From an uncultured Rhodothermaceae bacterium (GTDB taxonomy: Bacteria; Bacteroidota; Rhodothermia; Rhodothermales; CAZLRO01), in contig CAZLRO010000005.1 of assembly GCA_964561865.1 (NCBI GenBank), forward strand, positions 1 to 33,129: 33,129 nt of DNA, given 5' to 3'. Below, in pieces: positions 8,286 through 16,080 of the stretch; within the stretch, counting starts at the first letter, position 1, and every line of letters begins with the position of its first letter. The notes beneath the pieces were generated by a model. It was not told the DNA's origin. It saw only the letters and a program-made list of their open reading frames with translations, and did not search any database. The translations under genes were made by a program, and so were the position numbers.

Positions 8286-9512
8286 ATGCCCTTCGTCATC
8301 TTCGTCGCGCCGGTGTTTTCGCCTGCGGCCACTGGCATCATCGAGGCCATTGCGCGCCTGCCGCAGGTCACCCTTGGCCTGATCAGCCAGGAGGCGGTGG
8401 AGTTGTTGCCGCTTCGCTTGCGGGGTGGAGTGGCTGCGCACTGGCGCATCGACAACGTGCTGGACACGCCTGCGTTGCTTGGTGCAGTGAACGGACTGGT
8501 GGAGAAGGTGGGGCAGCCGCTGCACCGGGTGTTCGGCGCGTTCGAGCAACTCCAGGTGCCCATCGCCGAAGTCCGCCGCACGCTCGGCATCGAGGGCATG
8601 ACGGTGGAGGCGGCGACGAACTTCCGGGACAAGGCGCGGATGAAAGAGTTGTTCCACGCCCACAGCATCCCGTGTGCCCGTCATCGGCTGGCCCACAGCG
8701 ATGCCGAGGCGTGGGACTTCGCCCGTGAGGTAGGCTACCCGCTCGTCCTCAAGCCGCACGAGGGGGCGGGGTCGCAGTCCACCTTCCGCGTGGACCGGGA
8801 CGACCAGTTGCGGCAGGCCCTCGGCCACAGCCGCCCCGGTCCACACCAGCCTGTACTCCTCGAGGAGTTCGTCACGGGCGACGAGCACTCACTCGAGACC
8901 GTCTCCATCGATGGCAAGGCCGTCTGGCACTCGCTCACACGGTACTATCCGACCCCGCTGGAGGTGCTGCGCAACCCGTGGATCCAGTGGACGGTGGTGC
9001 TGCCCCGCGAGGTGGACGACCCGCAGTACAACGACATCCGCAAGGCCGGGGCAAAAGCGCTGAAGGTGTTGGGGATGCAGACGGGCCTGAGCCACATGGA
9101 ATGGTTTCGCCGTAAGGACGGGAGCCTCGCCATCTCGGAGGTGGCTGCCCGCCCGCCGGGGGCACAGTTCACCACGCTCATCACGCGGGCGCACGACATG
9201 GACTTCCTCTATGCCTGGGCGCGCCTGATGGTCTATGGCGACTTCGACCCGCCCAAGCGCCGTTTCGCCGTCGGCGCGGCCTACCTGCGGGCGCAGGGCT
9301 ACGGCAGCCGCATCGTGGCCGTGCAGGGCCTCGACACCATCGAGCGCGAGGTGGGCTACCTCATCGTCGATGCCAAGCGCCCGCAACTGGGTGCAGCCCC
9401 GGCACCGAGCTACGAGGGAGAAGGCTACCTCATCGTCCGCCATGAGGACACCGGCGTCGTCCAGCAGGTGCTCAACCACATCGTCTCGACGGTGCGCGTG
9501 GAGCTGGGGTGA
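8286..9512 (+). CDS. ATP-grasp domain ligase (paralog 1)
   Basis: Motifs FRDKARMKELF, GYPLVLKPHEGAGSQ, EEFVTGDEHS and SEVAARPPGA. Clear paralogy with 16081-17298, including the shared GYLIVRH. The ATG at 8286 is preferred to the upstream GTG at 8259. Confidence 0.85.
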   Translation: MPFVIFVAPVFSPAATGIIEAIARLPQVTLGLISQEAVELLPLRLRGGVAAHWRIDNVLDTPALLGAVNGLVEKVGQPLHRVFGAFEQLQVPIAEVRRTLGIEGMTVEAATNFRDKARMKELFHAHSIPCARHRLAHSDAEAWDFAREVGYPLVLKPHEGAGSQSTFRVDRDDQLRQALGHSRPGPHQPVLLEEFVTGDEHSLETVSIDGKAVWHSLTRYYPTPLEVLRNPWIQWTVVLPREVDDPQYNDIRKAGAKALKVLGMQTGLSHMEWFRRKDGSLAISEVAARPPGAQFTTLITRAHDMDFLYAWARLMVYGDFDPPKRRFAVGAAYLRAQGYGSRIVAVQGLDTIEREVGYLIVDAKRPQLGAAPAPSYEGEGYLIVRHEDTGVVQQVLNHIVSTVRVELG

Positions 9513-9528
9513 GACCAGTTGCTTCCGC

Positions 9529-9873
9529 TCACCGGCCCGGGTTGCTCCGGTAGAACCGTACCTGGGCTTTCTCGATCGTCGCCAGGCCCGCCGGGATGGT
9601 GTCATCGATCAGAGCCATGAACGCTTCGAGCTTCTCGCGCGTGTCGACGATCTCCACGACGATGGGCAGGTCTTCGGAGAGGCGTTCGATCCGGAAGGTG
9701 TGGATGACCCGGCTGTTCGCACCGAAGCCCATGATGCCGCGCAGCACCGTGGCCCCGGCCAGCCCGTGCTGACGGGCCTGGAGCACGATCCATTCGTAGA
9801 GGGGCTTGCCTGCGTGCCTGTCCTGCTCGCCGATGAAGATGCGGAGCAGGCTGCCTTCTTCCGGGAGTGCCAT
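9529..9873 (-). CDS. DUF190 (PII-like) protein, the usual CrcB partner
   Basis: LRIFIGEQDRHAGKPLYEWIV...ATVLRGIMGFG is the DUF190 signature. It lies 4 nt downstream of crcB. Confidence 0.85.
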   Translation of the reverse strand: MALPEEGSLLRIFIGEQDRHAGKPLYEWIVLQARQHGLAGATVLRGIMGFGANSRVIHTFRIERLSEDLPIVVEIVDTREKLEAFMALIDDTIPAGLATIEKAQVRFYRSNPGR

Positions 9874-9877
9874 CGTC

Positions 9878-10261
9878 TTATCTCCAGATCAGGTAGGCCA
9901 GTGTTCGTCCGGCCCAGACCGCGCCGAGGCCCAGCACCAGATGGGCACCGATGTTGGCAAGGGCCAGCAGGTTGTCCCCTTCCCGAAGCAGGTTCAGGCT
10001 CTCGTTGCCGAAGGTCGAGAAGGTAGTGAACCCACCGAGCAGCCCAACGAACAGGAAGGCGCGGGCCTCGTCCGGGAGCCAGCCCCGGGTATCGGCCAGG
10101 TACGCCAGGAACCCGATGACCAGGCAGCCGAGCAGGTTGACGGCCAGGGTGCCCCACGGGAACCCGATGCTGCGGCTGACCTGCTGGACGTACCCGCTGA
10201 GCAGGTAGCGCACCACCGAGCCGATGAAGCCGCCAGCTCCGATCAACAGGAGTTTCCCCAT
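9878..10261 (-). CDS. crcB: Fluoride channel CrcB/FluC
   Basis: Motifs GAGGFIGSVVRY, FPWGTLAVNLLGC and GLLGGFTTFSTF. Start taken at MGKLLLIG. Confidence 0.9.
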   Translation of the reverse strand: MGKLLLIGAGGFIGSVVRYLLSGYVQQVSRSIGFPWGTLAVNLLGCLVIGFLAYLADTRGWLPDEARAFLFVGLLGGFTTFSTFGNESLNLLREGDNLLALANIGAHLVLGLGAVWAGRTLAYLIWR

Positions 10262-10328
10262 GATGCTGCTGTGCCGGAACGTGAAGGAAGTGGAACGGCC
10301 CAAGATACGGCAGGGATGGGTATCTCCT

Positions 10329-11021
10329 TCACAGCAGATCTGTCATCGCGGGGCCGCCCCCCAGCAGGTCGGGCAGATCGGCCACCGAGGCAACCAGGTG
10401 GGTGTGGGGCATAGGTTCCAGCAGGGCGCAGTCATGTGCCCCTGTCGGCACCCCGATGTTCCACCGCACCCGGGCGTGGTAGCCGGCCAGCAGGTCCCGC
10501 GTAGTGTCGCCGACGGTTGCCACCCAGTGGACGCTGGTGGTACCGGTGGCTTCCATGGCCCGAAAGATCAGGTATGGGGCCGGGCGCCCCTGCGGTACCT
10601 CATCGCCACACACCACCGCCTCCACAAGGCTCCTGTGCCAGCCGAGGGCTTCCAGCAGATAGCGGGTCACCTCCCGGTCGAAGCCGGTGGTGAGGGCCAC
10701 GCGCACCCCCTGTGCCCGGAACGCTTCGAAGGTGGAAACGGCCCCCGCCACCGGGCGCACCCCCCGGTCGGCATAGCCCTGCTGCAGGTATTCGCGGAAA
10801 GTAGCATAGACCGCTTCGACCCGTTCGGCCTACCCCGGCCCGGCGGGCACGAGGTCCCATAGCGTCTGCCGTTTCGAGGCCCCGCGCACGTTGCGGAGCA
10901 TCCGGTCGGTGATCGGGAGGCCGTGTTCGGCCAGTGCCGCCGTGAAGGCTGCGGGCACCTCGCCGTGGTCTTCCAGGGTCGTTCCGGCCTGGTCGAAGAT
11001 GACCAGGGCGGGCTGGCTCAT
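10329..11021 (-). pseudogene. Phosphonatase-like HAD-superfamily hydrolase interrupted by an in-frame TAG (10830-10832)
   Basis: Motifs VIFDQAGTT (motif I, DxAGT type), ALTTGFDRE, GRPAPYLIF and VGDTTRDLLAG. The two track ORFs (10830-11069 and 10329-10760) are in the same frame, separated only by the amber codon: ...VPAGPG*AERVEAVY. Confidence 0.75.
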
Positions 11022-11106
11022 GGTCTCAGCAGGGTTTGCGACTGGGTCAGGGCTGGTCCGACACCCCACGCACGCCGCGTCGCGTGCCGGGGGTAGCTGC
11101 TTGAAA

Positions 11107-11125
11107 TATAGTCAAACTGACGATA
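11107..11125. repeat. AT-rich palindrome unit TATAGTCA-AAC-TGACGATA
   Basis: Same family as 8044-8083, with one arm mismatch. It lies in the divergent region between the HAD gene and the spondin-like gene. Confidence 0.65.
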
Positions 11126-11323
11126 ACCCTAAAAAGCCAGGGGGCTGGTTTTGGCGGGAATGTACCTGCCGGTGTCGTCACGCAGGCTCGTCCCGCCTGT
11201 TTGTTGAACCCTGCGTGACCGGCGCGTGAGGATGCTTGAACGCTGCGTGATACCGCGCTTCGGGCGGCTTTGTATCCTGAAAACGACTGTTCACAACCCA
11301 CAACCCTTGCAGGAGATGAAGCC

Positions 11324-12058
11324 ATGAAGCCAACCCTTATGTTCTTCCCCGTCCTGGTGCTGGCCCTGGCGGGCTGTGCCGAGCAGCCTCTGACCGCCCC
11401 CGACGAGGCGGAAGTGCTGGTGGCGGCCAAAGGCAGCGAGGCCACCGTCGCCACGCGGCTCTACGAAGTGACCATCGAGAACCTGGCTTCCGGACAGCCG
11501 CTCTCGCCGGGTGTCGTCGTGACGCACCAGCGCCAGGCGAACGTGTTCCGCGTCGGGCAGGCGGCTTCGGAAGGCATCCGGCTGATTGCCGAGAACGGCG
11601 ATCCCGCCACCGCCGTCGCCGACCTCTCGGCCAGTCCGTTCGTCCACCAGGCGCTGGCGACGACTGCACCAGTCCTGGCCGGTGGCGACCCGCTGACGAT
11701 CCAGATTGAGGCGGCAGGTCGGGCGCGCTACCTCTCGCTCTCGGTCATGCTCATCTGCACGAACGATGGCTTCACGGGCCTGGACACCATCCTCTTGCCC
11801 GAAGAGGAGGCGGTGTACGAGGTGGACGGCTACGACGCGGGCACCGAACTGAACGACGAGCTCTCCACGACCGTTGTGGATGCTTGCGGGGCGCTCGGCC
11901 CGGTGCCGCTGCCCGAAGACGGCAACGAGCGGGTGGCAACGGACGGCGTCATCGCCCACCATGACGGCATCCGGGGTGGCGCAGCCCTCGACCCGGCCCT
12001 GCACGGCTGGCGCGACCCCGTTGCCCGCATCACCATCCGCCGCGTCGTGGCCGAGTAA
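11324..12058 (+). CDS. Spondin_N-domain lipoprotein
   Basis: Lipobox LVLALAGC. YEVTIENLASGQPLSPGVVVTH and SLSVMLICTNDGFTG match the bacterial spondin_N pattern. Confidence 0.65.
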   Translation: MKPTLMFFPVLVLALAGCAEQPLTAPDEAEVLVAAKGSEATVATRLYEVTIENLASGQPLSPGVVVTHQRQANVFRVGQAASEGIRLIAENGDPATAVADLSASPFVHQALATTAPVLAGGDPLTIQIEAAGRARYLSLSVMLICTNDGFTGLDTILLPEEEAVYEVDGYDAGTELNDELSTTVVDACGALGPVPLPEDGNERVATDGVIAHHDGIRGGAALDPALHGWRDPVARITIRRVVAE

Positions 12059-12088
12059 GGTGCACGAGGGGCGCTGTGGCTGGTTTGT

Positions 12089-12123
12089 GTGGGAGGGTGG
12101 GTTACACCGGCCCATCCTCCCAC
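12089..12123 (+). terminator. Terminator-like hairpin after the spondin-like gene
   Basis: GTGGGAGGGTGGG-(9 nt)-CCCATCCTCCCAC forms a 13-bp stem with one mismatch. No T-run follows. Confidence 0.35.
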
Positions 12124-12230
12124 CGCCAGGCCGCATACGCCCAGATCTTATCAAGGTACCCTCAAGGATATGCTTGTAATTCAAGCATACGCAATGCATT
12201 GCGGGTTCCTGTGTCCTGAAGAAAACTGGT

Positions 12231-12546
12231 TCATCCCCGCCGTGCAAGTTTCTTCATCAAGTCCTGCTTTCCATGTGCGATTGTCAGGATTTCTACTTCT
12301 GCCTCTTCCATCTCACCCGTTACCAGATACACGACACGATAGCCTTGCACGAGGAGCTCGCGGAAGGCCTGATCTTCTATCTCTGGTACTGCACGACCGC
12401 TCCGGGGAAACACTTCCAGGTTGGTAATAGCACCCAAGAGTTTTTTTAAGGATGACACGTGCAGCATCTGGCGAGCGCTGGTCGTGGTAGTCCCGAAGGG
12501 CCACCAAGTCCTGCCTGGCAACACTGGACCATCTTACGACAGCCAT
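12231..12546 (-). pseudogene. parE: ParE/RelE-family toxin interrupted by a +1 frameshift in an A7/T7 run (12441-12447)
   Basis: N-terminal MAVVRWSSVARQDLVALRDYHDQRSPDAARVILKK is in one frame. LLGAITNLEVFPRSGRAVPE...YRVVYLV...ILTIAHGKQD is in the next. Removing one A restores a toxin of about 104 aa. Confidence 0.8.
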
Positions 12547-12728
12547 TGCGCGAACTCTTTCCGGATTTCTTCGTGCGAATGGGTATGGCCCTGGCGCGTA
12601 GCCTGTAACCCACGCTCTACCTTTTGCAAGAAATAGAGTTCGTAGAGGATGTCCTCGAAAGTGGCGTGTTCATCCATACGCTCAATGAGGCGCAGAGAGG
12701 CTTGCTTGGCCGAAAGTGGAGGTGTCAT
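12534..12728 (-). CDS. Putative antitoxin of the ParE-like toxin (64 aa)
   Basis: Small ORF overlapping the toxin start by 13 nt. The motif EDILYELYFLQKVERGLQ...SHEEI recurs in small antitoxin-like proteins. Confidence 0.6.
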   Translation of the reverse strand: MTPPLSAKQASLRLIERMDEHATFEDILYELYFLQKVERGLQATRQGHTHSHEEIRKEFAQWLS

Positions 12729-12765
12729 AGCCCTGGCACTGTAGTTTGTACCCTGCCCTTGTCGC

Positions 12766-14169
12766 TCAGTGCATGCTCAACTCACCGGAGAGTTCCTTGG
12801 CCATCTCGCCGACGACGGCCTTGGCGTCGCCGAAGACCATGAGCGTCTTGTCGAGGAAGTACAGTTCGTTCTCGATGCCAGCGAAGCCGGGGTTCATGCT
12901 GCGCTTGATGGCGAGCACGGTGTGCGCCTTGTCCGCCTCGATGATGGGCATGCCGTAGATGGGGCTGCCCTGGTCGTGCTTGGCGGCGGGGTTGACCACG
13001 TCGTTGGCCCCGATGACGAGCACCACGTCCACCTGCGGCATGTCCGGGTTGATCTCCTCCATCTCCACGAGGTCGTCGTAGGGGATGTCCGCCTCGGCGA
13101 GCAGGACATTCATGTGGCCTGGCATACGGCCCGCCACCGGGTGGATGGCGAACTTGACCGAGACGCCCTTTTTGGTGAGGTGGTCGTAGAGTTCGCGCAC
13201 CCGGTGCTGTGCCTGCGCCACGGCCATGCCGTAGCCGGGCACGATGACCACTGTGCTGGCCTGCTCCATGATCTCGGCGGCATCCCTGGGCGAGGCGCTG
13301 CGCACGGTCTTCTGCTCGCCTGCCTGGGCACTGGCCTGCACCTGCCCGAACGCACCGAAGAGCACGTTCGTGAAGCTGCGGTTCATGGCCTTGCACATGA
13401 TGATCGACAGGATCAGGCCCGACGACCCGTCGAGCGCTCCCGCCGTGATGAGCAGCTTGTTGTCCAGCACAAACCCCATTGCCACCGCCGACAGCCCTGC
13501 GTAGGAGTTGAGCAGGGCGATGACGGTGGGCATGTCTGCCCCGCCGATGGGAATGATGAGCAGCACACCGAAGAGCAGCGCCAGGGTGATCACCACCGGG
13601 AAGAGGTAGCTCAGGGTAGGGTTGATGACCAGCACCACGCAGCAGACGAGGGCGAGGCCGAACAGGGTGAAGTTGATGAAGTTCTGGTTCCGGTAGGTGA
13701 TGGGGCGGGTGGGGAGGAACTCCTGGAGCTTGCCGGCAGCCATGAGGCTTCCCGTGAACGTGAGGAACCCCAGCAGCACCTCGGCACTGATGGCGGTCAT
13801 GCGGAAGGCAGTGAGCTGTTCGGCCCCCTCATGCAGCCAGAGGTAGTACTTGGCTGTGCCCACCAGCCCGGCGGCGAGGCCACCGAAGGCGTGCGAGAGG
13901 GCCGTCCGCTGCGGCACGGCGGTGAGCGGCACCCGCGAGAGCGGCACGCCAATGACTGTGCCCAGGAGTACCGCCAGCCCGATCCACGGCAGCGACTGCA
14001 GGGCCACATCCGGATGCAGCAGCGTGCCCAGCACGGCCAGTAGCATAGCTACCACCCCGGCCAGCACCCCGCGCCGGGCTGTAGCCGGGGTGTTCATCCA
14101 CTTCAGCGAGAAGATGAACAGGCCCGTCGAGACCAGATAGGCAAGTTGAATCAGCACATCCCGTGTCAT
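12766..14169 (-). CDS. pntB: NAD(P) transhydrogenase subunit beta
   Basis: Multi-TM N-terminal half, then VVIVPGYGMAVAQAQH, FAIHPVAGRMPGHMNVLLAEA and VIGANDVVNP. The start MTRDVLIQ overlaps the pntAB stop (ATGA). Confidence 0.95.
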   Translation of the reverse strand: MTRDVLIQLAYLVSTGLFIFSLKWMNTPATARRGVLAGVVAMLLAVLGTLLHPDVALQSLPWIGLAVLLGTVIGVPLSRVPLTAVPQRTALSHAFGGLAAGLVGTAKYYLWLHEGAEQLTAFRMTAISAEVLLGFLTFTGSLMAAGKLQEFLPTRPITYRNQNFINFTLFGLALVCCVVLVINPTLSYLFPVVITLALLFGVLLIIPIGGADMPTVIALLNSYAGLSAVAMGFVLDNKLLITAGALDGSSGLILSIIMCKAMNRSFTNVLFGAFGQVQASAQAGEQKTVRSASPRDAAEIMEQASTVVIVPGYGMAVAQAQHRVRELYDHLTKKGVSVKFAIHPVAGRMPGHMNVLLAEADIPYDDLVEMEEINPDMPQVDVVLVIGANDVVNPAAKHDQGSPIYGMPIIEADKAHTVLAIKRSMNPGFAGIENELYFLDKTLMVFGDAKAVVGEMAKELSGELSMH

Positions 14170-14615
14170 GCTTTGCCCCCCTCCCGCGTTTTGAACATCT
14201 TCAACATGCGGTCTGTGATGAGGAACCCGCTCACGATGTTGGTCACGGCACAGACCACCGCGATCAGCCCCAGCAGGTTGATGTAGAACGGATGCTCCGT
14301 GCCCCACGTTGGCCCTGCCACCAGGATCGCCCCAACGACGGCGATGGCCGAGATGGCGTTGGTGAGCGACATCAGCGGCGTGTGCAGCAGCCGGGAGACG
14401 TTGCGGATCACATCCAGGCCGATGAACGTCGCCAGCATGAACACAAACAGCGCGGCAATCAGGCCCAGCGTGCCCGCTTCTCCGGCAGGCGGGGCATGGC
14501 TGGCAACCTCCTGTGGAGTGGCCCACGCAAGCGAGGCCGTACAGACCAGCACCGCCGTCAGCAGGGCGCTCTGCCCCAGGCGACGCGGCCATCGGGTGAA
14601 GGAAGAGGTTGGCAT
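14166..14615 (-). CDS. pntAB: NAD(P) transhydrogenase subunit alpha part 2 (membrane), with an N-terminal extension of about 45 aa
   Basis: FVFMLATFIGLDVIRNVSRLLHTPLMSLTNAISAI is the PntA C-terminal membrane signature. No alternative start lies nearer to the conserved core. Confidence 0.85.
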   Translation of the reverse strand: MPTSSFTRWPRRLGQSALLTAVLVCTASLAWATPQEVASHAPPAGEAGTLGLIAALFVFMLATFIGLDVIRNVSRLLHTPLMSLTNAISAIAVVGAILVAGPTWGTEHPFYINLLGLIAVVCAVTNIVSGFLITDRMLKMFKTREGGKA

Positions 14616-14619
14616 CGGG

Positions 14620-14676
14620 TGAAGAGGGCTGTTAGCTGGTAGGTACCTGGTGCTTGAAAAAATCCCAAATCCGCAA
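14620..14676 (-). repeat. 57-nt mini-copy (copy D) of the mosaic repeat element between pntAA and pntAB
   Basis: GAAGAGGGCTGTTAGCTGGTAGGTACCTGGTGCTTGAAAAAATCCCAAATCCGCAAT joins the terminal modules of the long copies. Confidence 0.75.
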
Positions 14677-14696
14677 TATCAACTCGGCAGTCCCCC

Positions 14697-15824
14697 TCAT
14701 GCCGTCTTGAACCGGGGGTTCCAGATTTCGCCGGCATGGGTGAGGAGGCAGCCCTGGAGGATGTCGTCTTCGAGTTTGAGGGTGAAGGTTTTCTCGTTCT
14801 TGTCCCAGAACTCCTCAATCAACCCCACGAGGTTCATGGCATAGACCTGGCTGGCGTGTTTGGGCACGCGCCCGGCAAGGTTGGGCAGTCCGATGATCTT
14901 CACGCCGTCCTTGTCCACGACCTCGCCCGGCACCGACCCCTCCACGTTGCCGCCGTTCTCCACCGCCATGTCCACGATAACGCTGCCCGGCTTCATGGCA
15001 GCGACCATGTCTGCGGTGACGAGCAGTGGTGCTTTCCGCCCGAACACCTGCGCGGTGGTGATGACGATGTCGGCGGCGGCACAGCGTTCCTTCATGCCTG
15101 CACGTTGCTTCTGGATCTGCTCCGGCGTCAGTTCCTTCGCATAGCCCTGGGCCGTCTGTCCCGTCTCGCCGAGGTCGATCTGGACGAACCGGGCGCCGAG
15201 CGACTGCACCTGCTCGGCCACGACCGGGCGCGTGTCGAACGCCTCGACCTTCGCGCCGAGCCGCCGGGCCGTGGCGATGGCCTGCAACCCGGCCACGCCC
15301 GCACCGATGATGAACACCTGCGCGGCCAGGATCGTCCCGGCAGCGGTGGACATCATGGGCAGCACCTTGTTCAGGTGCGAGGCCGCCAGGATCACCGTCA
15401 TGTAGCCGGCCAGGTTGGCCTGCGACGTGAGGGCGTCCATCTTCTGCGCCCGTGTGGTGCGCGGGATCATCTCCATGCTGACGGCACTCACCCCCTGGGC
15501 GGCCAGGGCCTCCATCAACGCCCGCTCGTTGAAGGGGTCGAGGAAGCTGAGGTGGACAGCCCCACGCTTCAGCAGGGGAACCTCTTCCACTGGCGGCTTT
15601 CGCACGCGCAGCACGAGGTCGGCGGCACCGAGCAGGGCCGTGCGGTCGGCCACGAGGTGGGCACCGGCAGCCTCATACTCGCGGTCCAGGTACCCGGAGG
15701 CAAGGCCCAGCCCGGCCTCGGCATGGACCGTCGCCCCCATCTTCACCAGGCGGGCCACACTCGACGGGGTGGCGGCCACGCGGGTCTCGTCAGGATGCGT
15801 TTCGCAGGGGATAGCAAGGATCAT
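14697..15824 (-). CDS. pntAA: NAD(P) transhydrogenase subunit alpha part 1 (soluble dI domain)
   Basis: Motifs MILAIPCETHPDETRVAATP, RAQKMDALTSQANLAGY and IIGAGVAGLQAIATARRLGA (Rossmann). The start at 15824 is preferred to the track start at 15965. Confidence 0.95.
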   Translation of the reverse strand: MILAIPCETHPDETRVAATPSSVARLVKMGATVHAEAGLGLASGYLDREYEAAGAHLVADRTALLGAADLVLRVRKPPVEEVPLLKRGAVHLSFLDPFNERALMEALAAQGVSAVSMEMIPRTTRAQKMDALTSQANLAGYMTVILAASHLNKVLPMMSTAAGTILAAQVFIIGAGVAGLQAIATARRLGAKVEAFDTRPVVAEQVQSLGARFVQIDLGETGQTAQGYAKELTPEQIQKQRAGMKERCAAADIVITTAQVFGRKAPLLVTADMVAAMKPGSVIVDMAVENGGNVEGSVPGEVVDKDGVKIIGLPNLAGRVPKHASQVYAMNLVGLIEEFWDKNEKTFTLKLEDDILQGCLLTHAGEIWNPRFKTA

Positions 15825-16080
15825 ACACGTCGGGAAGACAATCACAAAGGCCGCGCTAATGTTAAGCAGCCAACGGGTTTTTCTACAGCCGTTCGGGGAG
15901 GTGATGCGAAATTTTTTTGCAGCCCAACCCCGGCTGTACTGCCGGGGTGCGCTACCACCCGGCACCCGCTCGCCTTACATTCCCGACAGCCTCCCCCGGT
16001 GCCGGGCGAAAGAGGTCCTTGAACCGGACGGGGGATCCGCAGACGCCTCCTGTCTCCGTCGAATCCAGCCGATTGCCACC

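Noticed and set aside
10262-10328. Expected a fluoride (crcB-motif) riboswitch upstream of crcB. Also checked 11022-11100, upstream of the HAD gene.
   Set aside because: Neither leader contains the conserved GGnGAUGG...AAACnGCC...CUGAUGA core. crcB appears to be co-transcribed with the HAD gene instead. A cmsearch with RF01734 would settle it.
15415-16080. N-terminal extension of the ATP-grasp 2 ORF (the track ORF starts at 15415).
   Set aside because: The extension overlaps pntAA in antisense and the divergent promoter region. Homology to paralog 1 begins at MNVLMISPGYP (16081).
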